Positions 10,344 to 20,449 of a DNA stretch of 64,000 nucleotides are shown piece after piece; within the stretch, counting starts at the first letter, position 1, and each line of letters begins with the position of its first letter. Location of the stretch: sequence record MZ443769.1, one strand, 5' to 3'. Under the pieces are notes generated by a model. It saw only the letters and a program-made list of their open reading frames with translations, had not been told where the DNA came from and ran no database searches. The position numbers and the translations under genes were made by a program.

Positions 10344-10534
10344 GGGCGCGTAAGCTCCGAGATAGGTTTAGCGAGCAACTCAAGGAGTCGTGGCGGACAG
10401 GTTGGGTTGCGTTTCAAGTTCTTATGCAACCATTGCAGATTAGAACCAGATGCAGTTACCTCAGAGCGAAAGCTGGGTAACTTCAAGTCCTTACTCTGTT
10501 TGGCCAGCAACGCATTGAGTTCGTTCAGTAGCAT
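10325..10534 (-). CDS. Hypothetical protein (69 aa)
   Basis: SD AAGG upstream; fits operon spacing. Confidence 0.65.
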   Translation of the reverse strand: MLLNELNALLAKQSKDLKLPSFRSEVTASGSNLQWLHKNLKRNPTCPPRLLELLAKPISELTRPCPTQS

Positions 10535-10544
10535 GATTGTTCCT

Positions 10545-11171
10545 TTATAAAGTCATGAGGTCGAGGATGTTTGATACAACGTGTGTTGGTCCAATCGAGA
10601 TACCTGCTTGAACAGGTAGATGCACACGCTTAGTAAATAGTTCCATCGGGTCAAGGCCACCGCCTGTGACAACGATGCGAGGAATCTTCGGGAACATCTC
10701 AAGAATATCTCGCAGTCTTTCGACCCTGTACGATGTACTCTCAAGGGTTACATTGGATATTACTAATAACGACGGTCGCTTGCTTTTGAGTTGTTCATAG
10801 TCGAAGCGATCTCCGTACAGCGTAACCCAGCGAGGTTTGAGTGCAGTCGTCGCACTATCTTCTACAGCCGAGTTAAAGATATTCAGTGCAGCCATCTTAG
10901 CACGGGCATCAGATGGGAAACTGCTTATCACAGTAATTCGTGGATCAGAACCGAACGGGTTTGTGATCATTTGAGCGAGGTGTCGAAGCTGTTTGGTCTT
11001 CGAAAACACTTTACCCTTGAAGTACGGAGAGAGCGGCTTGAAATCTTGTGCGGCTTCTTCAATCACGTACTCGTCTTTCTTTCCATACAGCAGTTGAGGG
11101 TCTACACCCAACGTCTGCATTTGCTTGGCCACATCTGGTTCAAAGTTGAAAGTTAACACTATACCCTCCAT
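10545..11171 (-). CDS. Hypothetical protein, possibly degenerate DnaC/IstB-like P-loop protein
   Basis: PSLLVISNV..ERLRDILE..PRIVVT resembles the DnaC Walker B to sensor region, but no Walker A is present. Confidence 0.55.
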   Translation of the reverse strand: MEGIVLTFNFEPDVAKQMQTLGVDPQLLYGKKDEYVIEEAAQDFKPLSPYFKGKVFSKTKQLRHLAQMITNPFGSDPRITVISSFPSDARAKMAALNIFNSAVEDSATTALKPRWVTLYGDRFDYEQLKSKRPSLLVISNVTLESTSYRVERLRDILEMFPKIPRIVVTGGGLDPMELFTKRVHLPVQAGISIGPTHVVSNILDLMTL

Positions 11172-11185
11172 ATGTTTCTATCAGC

Positions 11186-11194
11186 TATTTACAG
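11186..11194 (-). promoter_or_regulatory. CTGTAAATA motif (putative middle promoter)
   Basis: Exact motif in intergenic space 14 nt upstream of the 11171 start; recurs at 8 other gene starts. Confidence 0.7.
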
Positions 11195-11211
11195 TTTTAG
11201 CAGCAGAAGGT

Positions 11212-11239
11212 AAAAGAGCCGGACCGAAGCCCAGCTCTT
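11212..11239 (-). terminator. Rho-independent terminator
   Basis: Minus strand AAGAGCTGGGCTTCGGTCCGGCTCTTTT. Confidence 0.75.
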
Positions 11240-11246
11240 AGTGTCA

Positions 11247-11618
11247 TTACATCAGAGCCAGTTCAGGGTCAATGTACGTGTATTTGAACACGACAATAAA
11301 TCCTGATGGTACTGAACTTGTAGGCATGATCTGATAGCCGTAAAGCATGAACTTGCCTTTGGTATCAGGTTCGAGCAGCGGGTTGAATTCGAGATAAGAA
11401 GGTTCGAGCTTCAACTTCTCTGCGATATCAAGGGCCCAGCCATCGAAATCATAATCGGTATCAGGTACTTCCCACGAGATGGAGTACTTGTTCCAGTGGT
11501 CTGCCTGCATGTCTGTATCTTTTGAGATCCAGATAAGATTATCGTATCCCAGATGATAGCAGATAGCGTTAGCCAGACCACGTTCGTTCATGTGGCGCTG
11601 TAATTGATCTAAACGCAT
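11247..11618 (-). CDS. Hypothetical protein
   Basis: Start MRLDQLQRH at 11618 with GGAG SD (ORF track extends to 11702). Confidence 0.7.
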   Translation of the reverse strand: MRLDQLQRHMNERGLANAICYHLGYDNLIWISKDTDMQADHWNKYSISWEVPDTDYDFDGWALDIAEKLKLEPSYLEFNPLLEPDTKGKFMLYGYQIMPTSSVPSGFIVVFKYTYIDPELALM

Positions 11619-11623
11619 TCGAG

Positions 11624-11914
11624 TTACTCCTTTGTGCGTTGTGGTGCAGCTACCATAATGACTCTGGTAGAAGAACCCTCTGCATGATTTGTAACTGAGC
11701 ACAGGTCAATGCGCTTGCTGCCTAGTGTTTTGGACAGCAGCGTTGCAACGATAGCAGACGCAGACATAGGGTGAGTGAAGTTAGACACAACACCCTCGAC
11801 AGTCTGTACATCTACCAGTTCCGATTGCTCTGCAAACTCAATCACAATTCCTGCGCGTGTTGCCTCTGCCTTGATATCATCCATGGTAAGGCTTTGGGGT
11901 AAACGCTCTTTCAT
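11624..11914 (-). CDS. Hypothetical protein
   Basis: Start MKERL at 11914 with GGAG SD; ORF track start 11926. Confidence 0.7.
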   Translation of the reverse strand: MKERLPQSLTMDDIKAEATRAGIVIEFAEQSELVDVQTVEGVVSNFTHPMSASAIVATLLSKTLGSKRIDLCSVTNHAEGSSTRVIMVAAPQRTKE

Positions 11915-11953
11915 GTTTAACTCCATATAGACTGCAAAGAGACAGACTATAAA

Positions 11954-12379
11954 TTAGTTGCTGAGTCCCTTTAACAGCGCATTCACGCTTTCGATAAAGA
12001 TCGTTTGCTTTTCAGGAGGCAGCGTACGGAAGTTTGCCAGAGCATCGTCAACAAACGTCTCAGGCACAGGCTGAGGTTCTACAGCTTCAACAGGTGCAGT
12101 AACGCGAAGCTTGAACGTGCCGTTAAACACATGGCCGTACGCCAGACGGTTACGAACAGAGTTCAGGTCAGAGAGAGACTCGATAACGAAACCGTTAGGG
12201 AACGCAGCGAAGATTTCTGACAGATCGATAACGGCTTTATTGTCCGGTGCAGGTGCCTTCGCTTCGAAGTGAACAGTGTATTCAATACCATACGAATCAT
12301 CTTTCTGTTGGTGGCTGAAAGTAACTTTTTCAGTTGCAGATAATGTTTCGTAGAGAAATGTTATCAACGAATCTGACAT
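11954..12379 (-). CDS. Hypothetical protein (141 aa)
   Basis: GAGG SD; collinear operon. Confidence 0.75.
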   Translation of the reverse strand: MSDSLITFLYETLSATEKVTFSHQQKDDSYGIEYTVHFEAKAPAPDNKAVIDLSEIFAAFPNGFVIESLSDLNSVRNRLAYGHVFNGTFKLRVTAPVEAVEPQPVPETFVDDALANFRTLPPEKQTIFIESVNALLKGLSN

Positions 12380-12386
12380 ATAGACC

Positions 12387-12902
12387 TCAATTGGATTTTA
12401 GATTGTCGCACAGCATCCGAGTGAACTGTTCGAAGTTGATGCGCTTGAGTTCTGACAGCTCGGACCATGCAGGAAGCTTAGGGTCGTGAGCCATGAAACT
12501 TAGATACAGAGTAGGTGCGGATGTTCGTTCCGCTATCGGCTTTTTCACACGGGCACACGAAGAGATAACACATCCACGAAGAATGAAGCCCTGATTAGGA
12601 AGGTCTTTGATACGAGGCTCGACGTGATCAATTGAATGCAGCATCAGATACTCACCGAACTCCTGACGCAACTCATTCATGTTCAGGATGCGATGCACTA
12701 TATCAGAAACACATACACGACCGGCACACGAACCCACATAGGTTGTAGCGATAGGAATATCCACTTTACGAGGGCTGCTTACAGACAGGTAGTTTTCATT
12801 TGACGAATTAACAAAGAAGACTGTCAGGTAATTAACATCAGCCAAGTCAGGCAGGATATATCTGTCGAGCACCTCTTGGACGTCAATAGGTTGGGCTCTC
12901 AT
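12387..12902 (-). CDS. Hypothetical protein
   Basis: TAATG stop/start coupling at 12902. Confidence 0.7.
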   Translation of the reverse strand: MRAQPIDVQEVLDRYILPDLADVNYLTVFFVNSSNENYLSVSSPRKVDIPIATTYVGSCAGRVCVSDIVHRILNMNELRQEFGEYLMLHSIDHVEPRIKDLPNQGFILRGCVISSCARVKKPIAERTSAPTLYLSFMAHDPKLPAWSELSELKRINFEQFTRMLCDNLKSN

Positions 12903-13186
12903 TAGAGTAGCCCTTGGTCGAAGCACTGAATCACAGTGAAGTTGATTTCCATATCACTGTGATTAACAGGGCTGCCCGGATAGAAAGTGACTGCACCTGT
13001 AGTCTCAACGTTTGTGATTACGCACACGTCTTTCAACAGCATGAAACCTAAGTCCAAATCGAACTTAGTTTCAGGCAGTGCTGCGTCAAACACATGACAA
13101 TTAACAGCAGCACTGTGATGATCCATCAGAATCTTATGCAGACTCTGGCTGAAAGGAATCTTGTGTTGTGTCTGAATAGTTCGCAT
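12902..13186 (-). CDS. Hypothetical protein
   Basis: TGATG coupling to the helicase stop. Confidence 0.65.
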   Translation of the reverse strand: MRTIQTQHKIPFSQSLHKILMDHHSAAVNCHVFDAALPETKFDLDLGFMLLKDVCVITNVETTGAVTFYPGSPVNHSDMEINFTVIQCFDQGLL

Positions 13187-14784
13187 CAAAATCTCCTCAA
13201 GCCCAAGTTAGAAGGGAGTCCTTTCTTAGGCGCTTCTGGTTCGAAGTAGTCTGGGAGTTCTGCGGACATTGCTTCGTCTCGCGCTACAACGCCCATCCAA
13301 TCTCGAAGTTTCTTCGGAGTACGTTTCGCTTTACCATACCCAAACTTCCAGCACATCTTGAGAACAGACCGAGCACACTGCATCGACTTGTCCATGTTCT
13401 CGTCAATGAACATGCGAATGACAGGCGTTCGCTTGTTATCCATAGGAGTTAGAATACGACACGATTCCTGTTTCCAGTTCGGTTCGTTATTCATAGGCAT
13501 GATGTAGTACAACGTATCCCACTTAGGTACGTTCAGGCCACGCTGCATCAGTCGGCGCATACCAACTACACAACGAATCTTACCTGCACGTGCATCGTCG
13601 ATGATTTGCTTACGACGCTTCGCATGACCACCACCAAGGAACACGGAAGCAATCTCTTCTCCGTAGTGCTCATTGATACGACGCACAAGTTTCTGCGCTT
13701 GGTCAGTAAACATGATCGGAATCGCAATCGAACGACCAGCATCGAGATCTTTGATAATCCATTCGAAGATCTTATCGTTACGGTCTGGATGTGCTGCAAG
13801 GAATTTACAGAAGCGTACCCAACCGCTCTTGTTATTGTAGTTCGCTTTCGTTTGAACCAACTTACTCGTCTTATGTAGCGTGACTTTCGGTACGAGTTCT
13901 TCAACGAAGGCTTCTGCAACAACAGGTCCGATGATTGACGTGATCAGATAATCACGTTTGTCCTTACGCCACGGTGTTGCTGTCAGACCAAAGCGATACT
14001 TCATCTTTAGACTGGCGAGTGTCTGACTATAACACTGAGCACCACCAGCGTGGACTTCATCAATGAACAGCGTTCCGTAGTTCTTGTTCAACAGCTTGAG
14101 GCGCTGCTTGGAAGTTTTGCTGTCACTGATCAACGACTGATAAGTAACGAGAATAATCTGGAAGTTCTCGTAGTCATCGAGTGTCTTCGGGAACCCGTAT
14201 AACTTCTTGCCGTACTTCTCTTCAAGTTCAGGCAAGTTAGTCATTTGCTCAATCGTCTCTAAGAAACCATCGAGGAAGTCTTTCTGGTCAGCCATGATGA
14301 TTGTGCGGAAACCAGAGTGACAAGCGCCAGCAGTACCGATGACTGTTTTACCAGAACGAGGAGGTGCTTTAAACACACCACACAATTCACCGAAGAGATC
14401 TTTAAACGGTTGTTGCTGATAATCACGAAGCGAGCCTGTGAACTTCACTTTATAATCAAACGGCACACGACTCGTACCGTTGATGAACTTCACTTCTGAC
14501 AGGTCAAGACCAGAAGTCTTTTCGAAGCGGTGCATCTCACCGTACGGAATTGATACATAGCGCTTGCCTTTGATTTCAGAATACTTGGCGAGCACTGTGA
14601 TATCGAGAAGACCGCCCTTAGAACAAGAGCGACATTCCGTAGATGGTCTAATGGAACGAAACTCGCAACCCTTACAGGCTGCGTTATCGAACTCATAATG
14701 CGTCATCTTCTTTATGATGTTGTCAGCGTCCACACACTTCACTGGAATGTGCAGACGGCTGTCGACCAGTACTTTGGCTGTCAC
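13186..14784 (-). CDS. Superfamily 2 DExH helicase, UvsW-like
   Basis: LRDYQQ Q-motif, APPRSGKT Walker A, DEVH, GLTATP, RGLNVP, QESCRILT; N-terminal CxxC..CxxC. Confidence 0.9.
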   Translation of the reverse strand: MTAKVLVDSRLHIPVKCVDADNIIKKMTHYEFDNAACKGCEFRSIRPSTECRSCSKGGLLDITVLAKYSEIKGKRYVSIPYGEMHRFEKTSGLDLSEVKFINGTSRVPFDYKVKFTGSLRDYQQQPFKDLFGELCGVFKAPPRSGKTVIGTAGACHSGFRTIIMADQKDFLDGFLETIEQMTNLPELEEKYGKKLYGFPKTLDDYENFQIILVTYQSLISDSKTSKQRLKLLNKNYGTLFIDEVHAGGAQCYSQTLASLKMKYRFGLTATPWRKDKRDYLITSIIGPVVAEAFVEELVPKVTLHKTSKLVQTKANYNNKSGWVRFCKFLAAHPDRNDKIFEWIIKDLDAGRSIAIPIMFTDQAQKLVRRINEHYGEEIASVFLGGGHAKRRKQIIDDARAGKIRCVVGMRRLMQRGLNVPKWDTLYYIMPMNNEPNWKQESCRILTPMDNKRTPVIRMFIDENMDKSMQCARSVLKMCWKFGYGKAKRTPKKLRDWMGVVARDEAMSAELPDYFEPEAPKKGLPSNLGLRRF

Positions 14785-14786
14785 AT

Positions 14787-15335
14787 CTATTTCCTTGAGT
14801 TCGGCAGTCCGTACTCACGCTGATTGATAAGACCGAGAGTATCGACAAGCGCACGGTACGCAAACCCGCACTTATCAATATCTTTAATGTACAAATCAAG
14901 TTCTTCAAGAAGCATCTGCAACTGATCAGCGTAGCGGTAGTATTCGGCCATTATGTTTCTGATACAGCGCTCACGTTCTTTCGCAGCGCCGATGGATTTC
15001 AGATCTTTTGCATATTCAACCGACGCATAATCTTGAAAACGCTCCAGCATATCTTTTAACAGCTTTGAGGCTGCACTGACATGGGTAATGATTTCAGTCA
15101 TGCGTGATCGATACGACTGATCTTGAATTATCGACTCTGCTACTTTGCTCAGTGCGTTAGGGTCAGATATGTTTAACGTTCGGACCTTACGCATCTTGAA
15201 CAGTTTACGCGCTTCTTCCTGATACTCACCAAGCGGCATCTGAAACAATGAGTTGGTTTTATAAATATCACGGAGCTTCGCGTAGCGCTTGTTCGCTCTT
15301 ACTTTCAATCGAATGCGTTTTAAGTCATCCATCAT
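14787..15335 (-). CDS. Putative UvsY-like recombination mediator
   Basis: Helical protein adjacent to the UvsW-like helicase, as in T4; C-terminal IKDIDKCGFAYRALVD resembles the UvsY I..RGF.IK motif. Confidence 0.5.
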   Translation of the reverse strand: MMDDLKRIRLKVRANKRYAKLRDIYKTNSLFQMPLGEYQEEARKLFKMRKVRTLNISDPNALSKVAESIIQDQSYRSRMTEIITHVSAASKLLKDMLERFQDYASVEYAKDLKSIGAAKERERCIRNIMAEYYRYADQLQMLLEELDLYIKDIDKCGFAYRALVDTLGLINQREYGLPNSRK

Positions 15336-15766
15336 TCACCCCTGTCAGTCACAAGCAACGGACTGCTCAGTGTTTTGTTAGGGAGAGCGAAGAACGAACC
15401 ATGATCGTCTCGATACACTAAAATCCCACCAGAGTGAGATTCAGTTGGGCATGTGAAGTTGAACAGCTTTTCGAGAGGAGGCATGTAGCCTACAGACACA
15501 TCATTGAACGTGCACCACTTGGCGGATACTTCCAGCATAGAACCTACAACGGTATCAGCCAGACGCAGGTACGATTGTTTGAAGTGATAGCTGTGTTCAA
15601 TCGGGGCAACACTGTCTATGATCAATTCATTACCGTACACTGCTTTATAAACAATGATAAAGCGACGACGCCCACGAGGAGCATCGTTTATTTCATACAG
15701 AACATCGTGTATGAGTGAGGAGACGTCCCCGACAAGGACGTTCTTCTTAACTTTCAGATCATTCAC
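15332..15766 (-). CDS. Hypothetical protein (144 aa)
   Basis: ATGA coupling on both sides. Confidence 0.7.
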   Translation of the reverse strand: MNDLKVKKNVLVGDVSSLIHDVLYEINDAPRGRRRFIIVYKAVYGNELIIDSVAPIEHSYHFKQSYLRLADTVVGSMLEVSAKWCTFNDVSVGYMPPLEKLFNFTCPTESHSGGILVYRDDHGSFFALPNKTLSSPLLVTDRGE

Positions 15767-16941
15767 GCCGGCAGGTAACCGAAGTACAACAGGCTGTACG
15801 CATCGAACTTATAGTTCAGGCTGAATGCGTTCAGTTGATTGATACTTGAACCGTGGAAACCCATCGCATGACGTTCTTCACGACCGATAGACTTCAACAG
15901 CTCACGCATGATACGCAGGTCTAGGTTCGCAGTCAGTTCACGCTCTACAGGTTTAGCCAGAGTCAAACTGTCTTGCACACTACCGCTATCGTTTCCGAAT
16001 TTGAGTCTAAACTCTTTCTTCTTCAACAACAGCTTGGCGTTCGTGTTACCCTTCTTCTCAATCAGCGTTGAGATGTTAGCGAACGGTGCGGACAGATCCC
16101 CCTTGACAACACAACCCATCAACGGTTTACCGAGTTGAGCCAACATGTTGTCCATGTAGCGATAGTCTTCGTCCGATGCTTGAATCGGAGGCAGAGTAAG
16201 TACGAACGTATCGGACTCGGCAGCGAACGCTGTGCTGTCCACATGGAACGTTACTTTCTCTTCACCACAGAAACGATAAATCAGATCGAACATCTCACCA
16301 GTCAAAGAGAAGCGGAAAGGTTCTGCTTTCTTCTTCAACTCACCTTTGTAACGAGATGAAGTCCAATGACCTGGGCTGATGATGCTTACGCTCTTACCAT
16401 CACACACAACACGGCAGATGATCGACTGGTTCGTGATCGTATCTTTCAAGCGAGTAAGACGCACACCCTGAGTCAGGCAGTCGATTACTTCACGAGCCAT
16501 CGGATGACCACCTTCAAGATGGTGACGCAGACCAGTTTCAACCATCGGTATCTGTTCGTCAGACACTGGACGGAGTTTGATAACTGATTTGTACTTGCCG
16601 CTCACTTCGTTGATGTTCAACTCTTTACCTGTGAACTCAACGGTCAGCTCTTTACGTTTGTTGATCAGACCGGTCAACTGAACAGGGTCGATGTTGATGA
16701 TCGTATCGCTGTCGGCAGTTGCGTTAGGAACCAGATAAGCAACGAACGTATCTGGTGTACGACCGAGAATAAACACATCGGACTTGTACGTCACCAGAAG
16801 ATGGATGTGCGTCAGTTTATCGGCAGACTCAGAGAAACGAGTGACGCTATCGACACGCTTTAAGATATCAGACAGGATAGTACCTGTCAGAGTTATGTTG
16901 CATTGTTTCGCTGGTGATTTAGGCAGTCGGCAAGTCTTCAT
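15763..16941 (-). CDS. Putative DNA sliding clamp (beta-clamp-like)
   Basis: 392 aa with repeating alpha/beta pattern of beta-clamp size; lies in the polymerase operon; a DnaX gene is in the same window. Confidence 0.6.
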   Translation of the reverse strand: MKTCRLPKSPAKQCNITLTGTILSDILKRVDSVTRFSESADKLTHIHLLVTYKSDVFILGRTPDTFVAYLVPNATADSDTIINIDPVQLTGLINKRKELTVEFTGKELNINEVSGKYKSVIKLRPVSDEQIPMVETGLRHHLEGGHPMAREVIDCLTQGVRLTRLKDTITNQSIICRVVCDGKSVSIISPGHWTSSRYKGELKKKAEPFRFSLTGEMFDLIYRFCGEEKVTFHVDSTAFAAESDTFVLTLPPIQASDEDYRYMDNMLAQLGKPLMGCVVKGDLSAPFANISTLIEKKGNTNAKLLLKKKEFRLKFGNDSGSVQDSLTLAKPVERELTANLDLRIMRELLKSIGREERHAMGFHGSSINQLNAFSLNYKFDAYSLLYFGYLPA

Positions 16942-17206
16942 CTCTGTCCTCTAAAACGAATTGTAGTATACCCTCTACATTTACAGCCTTTAATCTCTTC
17001 GAGGTAGGCATAAGCATACCGTTGAGAAGGCCAAGCAAGTCTGCACTGTGGCAGTCAGGTGCAATCTGGTGAACGTAGATATCTTCGGGAATATCCTGAG
17101 GGTTAAGCTGCCAAGCAGTACGCAAGGCAGCACCCATGAAAGCAGGACGTTCCACCAAATGTCTGTTCAAGAAAGAACAAATGTCTTCGGCGGTTAGTGC
17201 TGTCAT
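16919..17206 (-). CDS. Hypothetical protein (95 aa)
   Basis: ATGA coupling to the polymerase stop. Confidence 0.65.
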   Translation of the reverse strand: MTALTAEDICSFLNRHLVERPAFMGAALRTAWQLNPQDIPEDIYVHQIAPDCHSADLLGLLNGMLMPTSKRLKAVNVEGILQFVLEDRDEDLPTA

Positions 17207-20200
17207 TTCTTCGTTATACCCTTCAACGCTGATTTAAGAATCTTACTGCTGATTTTGATTTTCTTCTTAGCACCATCAACAGAAGCCGCTGCTTTCTTCG
17301 CTGCTTCTTCTGCTTCGTACTTCTCAAACATTTTTGTGTTCTTCGGCAATTCTTTCTGCCAAAGCTCGATGTTCTTTTTGTCTTTGTTGGTCAGCGGATT
17401 CACTTTAGACATTGAACGGATCTTAATGTTGTTTGCCCAAAGTTGTTTCTGCATCCAGTCAGACATGAGGTGATACTGATCTTCCATAATGCTATCAGTT
17501 GTCGCCTCTACATCGAGGTCAGGTTCATTCAGTTCATCACGCTTGATGATCAGACCATTCGTAATCAGCTTGCGTAAGTTTGTGAATGAGAAGTCCCAAC
17601 CTTTAACGTCTTTCTCGGTAGCACCGATTTCGAAGTCGATTTCAGGTACGGAAGTAAATTCAAATCCAGGATGACGTTGCTGTACGACTTCGACCACTGC
17701 GCTTGTCATGGCTCGTTCGATCATATCGAGTGCGAGGAATATCCACTTGTAGTCACAGTCAACGGTCAAGGAGTCATGTACAGATACGTTCATATCGAAG
17801 TCAGGATATTCTCCATGCGACTTCCAGTATTCATATTTCATTCGGTCGAGAATACGAATCGCGGACATCATCAAGTCTGAACCGAAGCCCTGCACTGGAC
17901 TGTTTACCGCACGTCTATCACACGCAGCATGAACGATGTTCGATTCTTTGTGCGACTCAGGAAGCATGAAGCCCCACAAGTGGCGACGACGACCAACTGG
18001 TGATTCAACAAAGAAGTTCTCATGAGCAAACTTCTTAATCTTATCAAACCATTTCAATCCGATAGGGAATCTGTCGAGGAACTTACTCTTGATCTCGACG
18101 ATCTCTTTCACATCACGACCAGTAGACTTCGCAAGACCTTTATCACCCTGCTGATAAATCAAGCCGAAGATAACTGTCTTAACCGCGTTACGAATCGCTT
18201 TCGTAACTTCCATCACAGGGATACCGAAGAAGTATGCGGCGTTAATCTTATGCACGTCCCCTTCGACTTCTACTAAGTGACTAATCCATGGATCTGGAAC
18301 AGTACGATAACGATGGCGAAGTTTACGACCTTGTTCGAATACGTCAGCAACGCCTTGGTCACCTGAGATGATAGACCAGCCCCTTACTTCGTGGGCTGAG
18401 TAGTCGACCTTGATAAGTAAACGGTTCTTACGCGAGATAAGAATACGCTTGATCAACTTACCCATCTCACTACGACTCGGCACCTGCTGTAAGTTCGGGT
18501 CAGATGCAGATGTACGACCTGTCACAACTTTCAGATAGCTGTACGTTGGTCGAATCGATCTGTCGTGTCTAAAGTCATCGGATGTTCCCCACAACTTCAA
18601 CAGGCTGTTAACGTAGGCGTTCTTGAGTTTGTACGCTTTACCCAGCTTCGTATACAGTGCAACAATCGTAACGTCTGCATACGCTGCTTGGAAGTCTTTA
18701 TCGAGCTTACCAGCTTTCTTACCGTTCTCACGGACTTGGCTGTCGCTCTCTTTAAGAGGCTTGAGCTTCATCACGTCAAAGAACAGGACTTGCTTGTGCT
18801 CGGACTTGGACATATCAAACTTCGTTACTTCGACAGCGCCCATAAGACCCATCTTAGGAACATTGTCGTCAACGCAGATTGCTTTGTTTGCAGCACGTAC
18901 CTCAGGACTCGACATGAACTCTCGTTCAACGTTTCGAATCTCTTCATTGATAGGACTGTTAGGCAGGTTCAGCTTAAACAGGTAATCAATGTCAGCGCCA
19001 GCACCTGTTACTTCCAGAATACTGAACGCATGAATCTGGTCAGAGATTTGTTCACGCACCATCGACTCATACTTCTTGTACTTAATGTCTCTGGCTCGTT
19101 GAATCTGTTTCTCTGCAATACGGAATGGAATGATAACGTCAAGGCCAGCATATTCCTGAACGTTTTCATCAAGTTCAACGTCAGCAATGGTTGCTCGCAT
19201 CTCTTTACCGAACGACACTTCATGGTAAACAGTACACCCGTACTGCATCGTGAGGTTCGCTAAGTTGTAATAACCTTGACCGGTAACAGACAGCAGTGAC
19301 TTGGCGTTTTCGTCAAAGGCAAACTCACCTGCTTGAATATCCCACACGTCGGCGGCATAACTACGAATGCCGAAGTTAGAGCGCATAACGTTCAGGTCGA
19401 ACTTCGCATTGGTATAGATCTGATAATCGTTTTCGTTCTCTTCGAAGTAGTCACGAAACATCTCTTTGATCTTGCGCAGTTCTTTCGGACTGAATGGACT
19501 GTCCTTGTGATACACAGGAATCACATACGCTTTCTTGCCATCGTCCGATAACTGCACCGTCAAGATTTTATTCTTGATACGATTCAGGTTCTCGGTTTCT
19601 GTATCGACTGCAACCTTCTTGGCGCGCTTCATACGCTTCAAGATCTTTTCGAGTTGCTTGACCTTCGTTACATACACGAGGTCCCAGTTACGCTTCTTAC
19701 CACACGTCACTGTGTCGATCTTATACTTCATACCCTTGTTGAGCCAAGGCAACATCCAACGACTCATATAACCAATCGTATACGATGATGCACTGATAAG
19801 TCCAGGGTTCAGTACAATGTTATAGCTAACGTTAGGCAAGTGGATGAAGCTATGCTTACGACCATCTGCTTTTACTTTAGTTGGAATCTCAACACCGTAC
19901 CAGTGTTCATAGTGCTCTTTCGAGAACTGAATCTTTTCGTTGTTCAAGGCTTTGAACGGAGCCTTACCAAAAGTCAGAACATAGTCTGGCTTATAGTCAA
20001 CGATGATTCCTTTCAGACGTTCTGCAAATGCTGCGTCTGCATCGTCTTTATACTGCTCGGTCTTCTCATACGTCTTAAACATGTTGTATGAGATAACCAA
20101 GAAGTTCCAATCATCCAGAGTAGTCTTGGTGCGAAACACATCTTCAAGATACTGAACCTGATTCAGAAATAACTCACCCTCAGTCGAACTGAATATCTTA

Positions 20201-20367
20201 CCGTTACGCAAGTCATCAGAAGGCATATGGTCGAGGACGATTAGTGCTTTACCGCCTTTGGCACTCGTACTGAGGCCTTTAAGAATTCGAACACCATCAT
20301 ACGTCTGCACGTCTGCAAACTGTTTGGGAGGGTCGAAGTCGATAGCTATGTGCTTGGTCTTCACCAT
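17203..20367 (-). CDS. polA: Family A DNA polymerase with N-terminal UDG-like and 3'-5' exonuclease domains
   Basis: Exo I AVDTET, Exo II NAKFD, TGRTSASDPNLQQVP, motif A DYSAHEVR, motif B RNAVKTVIFGLIY, motif C VHDS. N-terminal ~230 aa with KPDYVLTFGKAPF resembles a UDG fold. Confidence 0.95.
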   Translation of the reverse strand: MVKTKHIAIDFDPPKQFADVQTYDGVRILKGLSTSAKGGKALIVLDHMPSDDLRNGKIFSSTEGELFLNQVQYLEDVFRTKTTLDDWNFLVISYNMFKTYEKTEQYKDDADAAFAERLKGIIVDYKPDYVLTFGKAPFKALNNEKIQFSKEHYEHWYGVEIPTKVKADGRKHSFIHLPNVSYNIVLNPGLISASSYTIGYMSRWMLPWLNKGMKYKIDTVTCGKKRNWDLVYVTKVKQLEKILKRMKRAKKVAVDTETENLNRIKNKILTVQLSDDGKKAYVIPVYHKDSPFSPKELRKIKEMFRDYFEENENDYQIYTNAKFDLNVMRSNFGIRSYAADVWDIQAGEFAFDENAKSLLSVTGQGYYNLANLTMQYGCTVYHEVSFGKEMRATIADVELDENVQEYAGLDVIIPFRIAEKQIQRARDIKYKKYESMVREQISDQIHAFSILEVTGAGADIDYLFKLNLPNSPINEEIRNVEREFMSSPEVRAANKAICVDDNVPKMGLMGAVEVTKFDMSKSEHKQVLFFDVMKLKPLKESDSQVRENGKKAGKLDKDFQAAYADVTIVALYTKLGKAYKLKNAYVNSLLKLWGTSDDFRHDRSIRPTYSYLKVVTGRTSASDPNLQQVPSRSEMGKLIKRILISRKNRLLIKVDYSAHEVRGWSIISGDQGVADVFEQGRKLRHRYRTVPDPWISHLVEVEGDVHKINAAYFFGIPVMEVTKAIRNAVKTVIFGLIYQQGDKGLAKSTGRDVKEIVEIKSKFLDRFPIGLKWFDKIKKFAHENFFVESPVGRRRHLWGFMLPESHKESNIVHAACDRRAVNSPVQGFGSDLMMSAIRILDRMKYEYWKSHGEYPDFDMNVSVHDSLTVDCDYKWIFLALDMIERAMTSAVVEVVQQRHPGFEFTSVPEIDFEIGATEKDVKGWDFSFTNLRKLITNGLIIKRDELNEPDLDVEATTDSIMEDQYHLMSDWMQKQLWANNIKIRSMSKVNPLTNKDKKNIELWQKELPKNTKMFEKYEAEEAAKKAAASVDGAKKKIKISSKILKSALKGITKK

Positions 20368-20396
20368 CTAGTCCTATGCGTATCAGTGATGGTTGT

Positions 20397-20405
20397 TATT
20401 TACAG
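20397..20405 (-). promoter_or_regulatory. CTGTAAATA motif upstream of DNA polymerase
   Basis: Exact motif 29 nt upstream of the start, directly after a terminator. Confidence 0.7.
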
Positions 20406-20416
20406 ATTTAGAAATG

Positions 20417-20441
20417 AAAATGGGCAGCCGAAGCCACCCAT
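20417..20441 (-). terminator. Rho-independent terminator
   Basis: Minus strand ATGGGTGGCTTCGGCTGCCCATTTT. Confidence 0.8.
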
Positions 20442-20449
20442 GTATTCAT

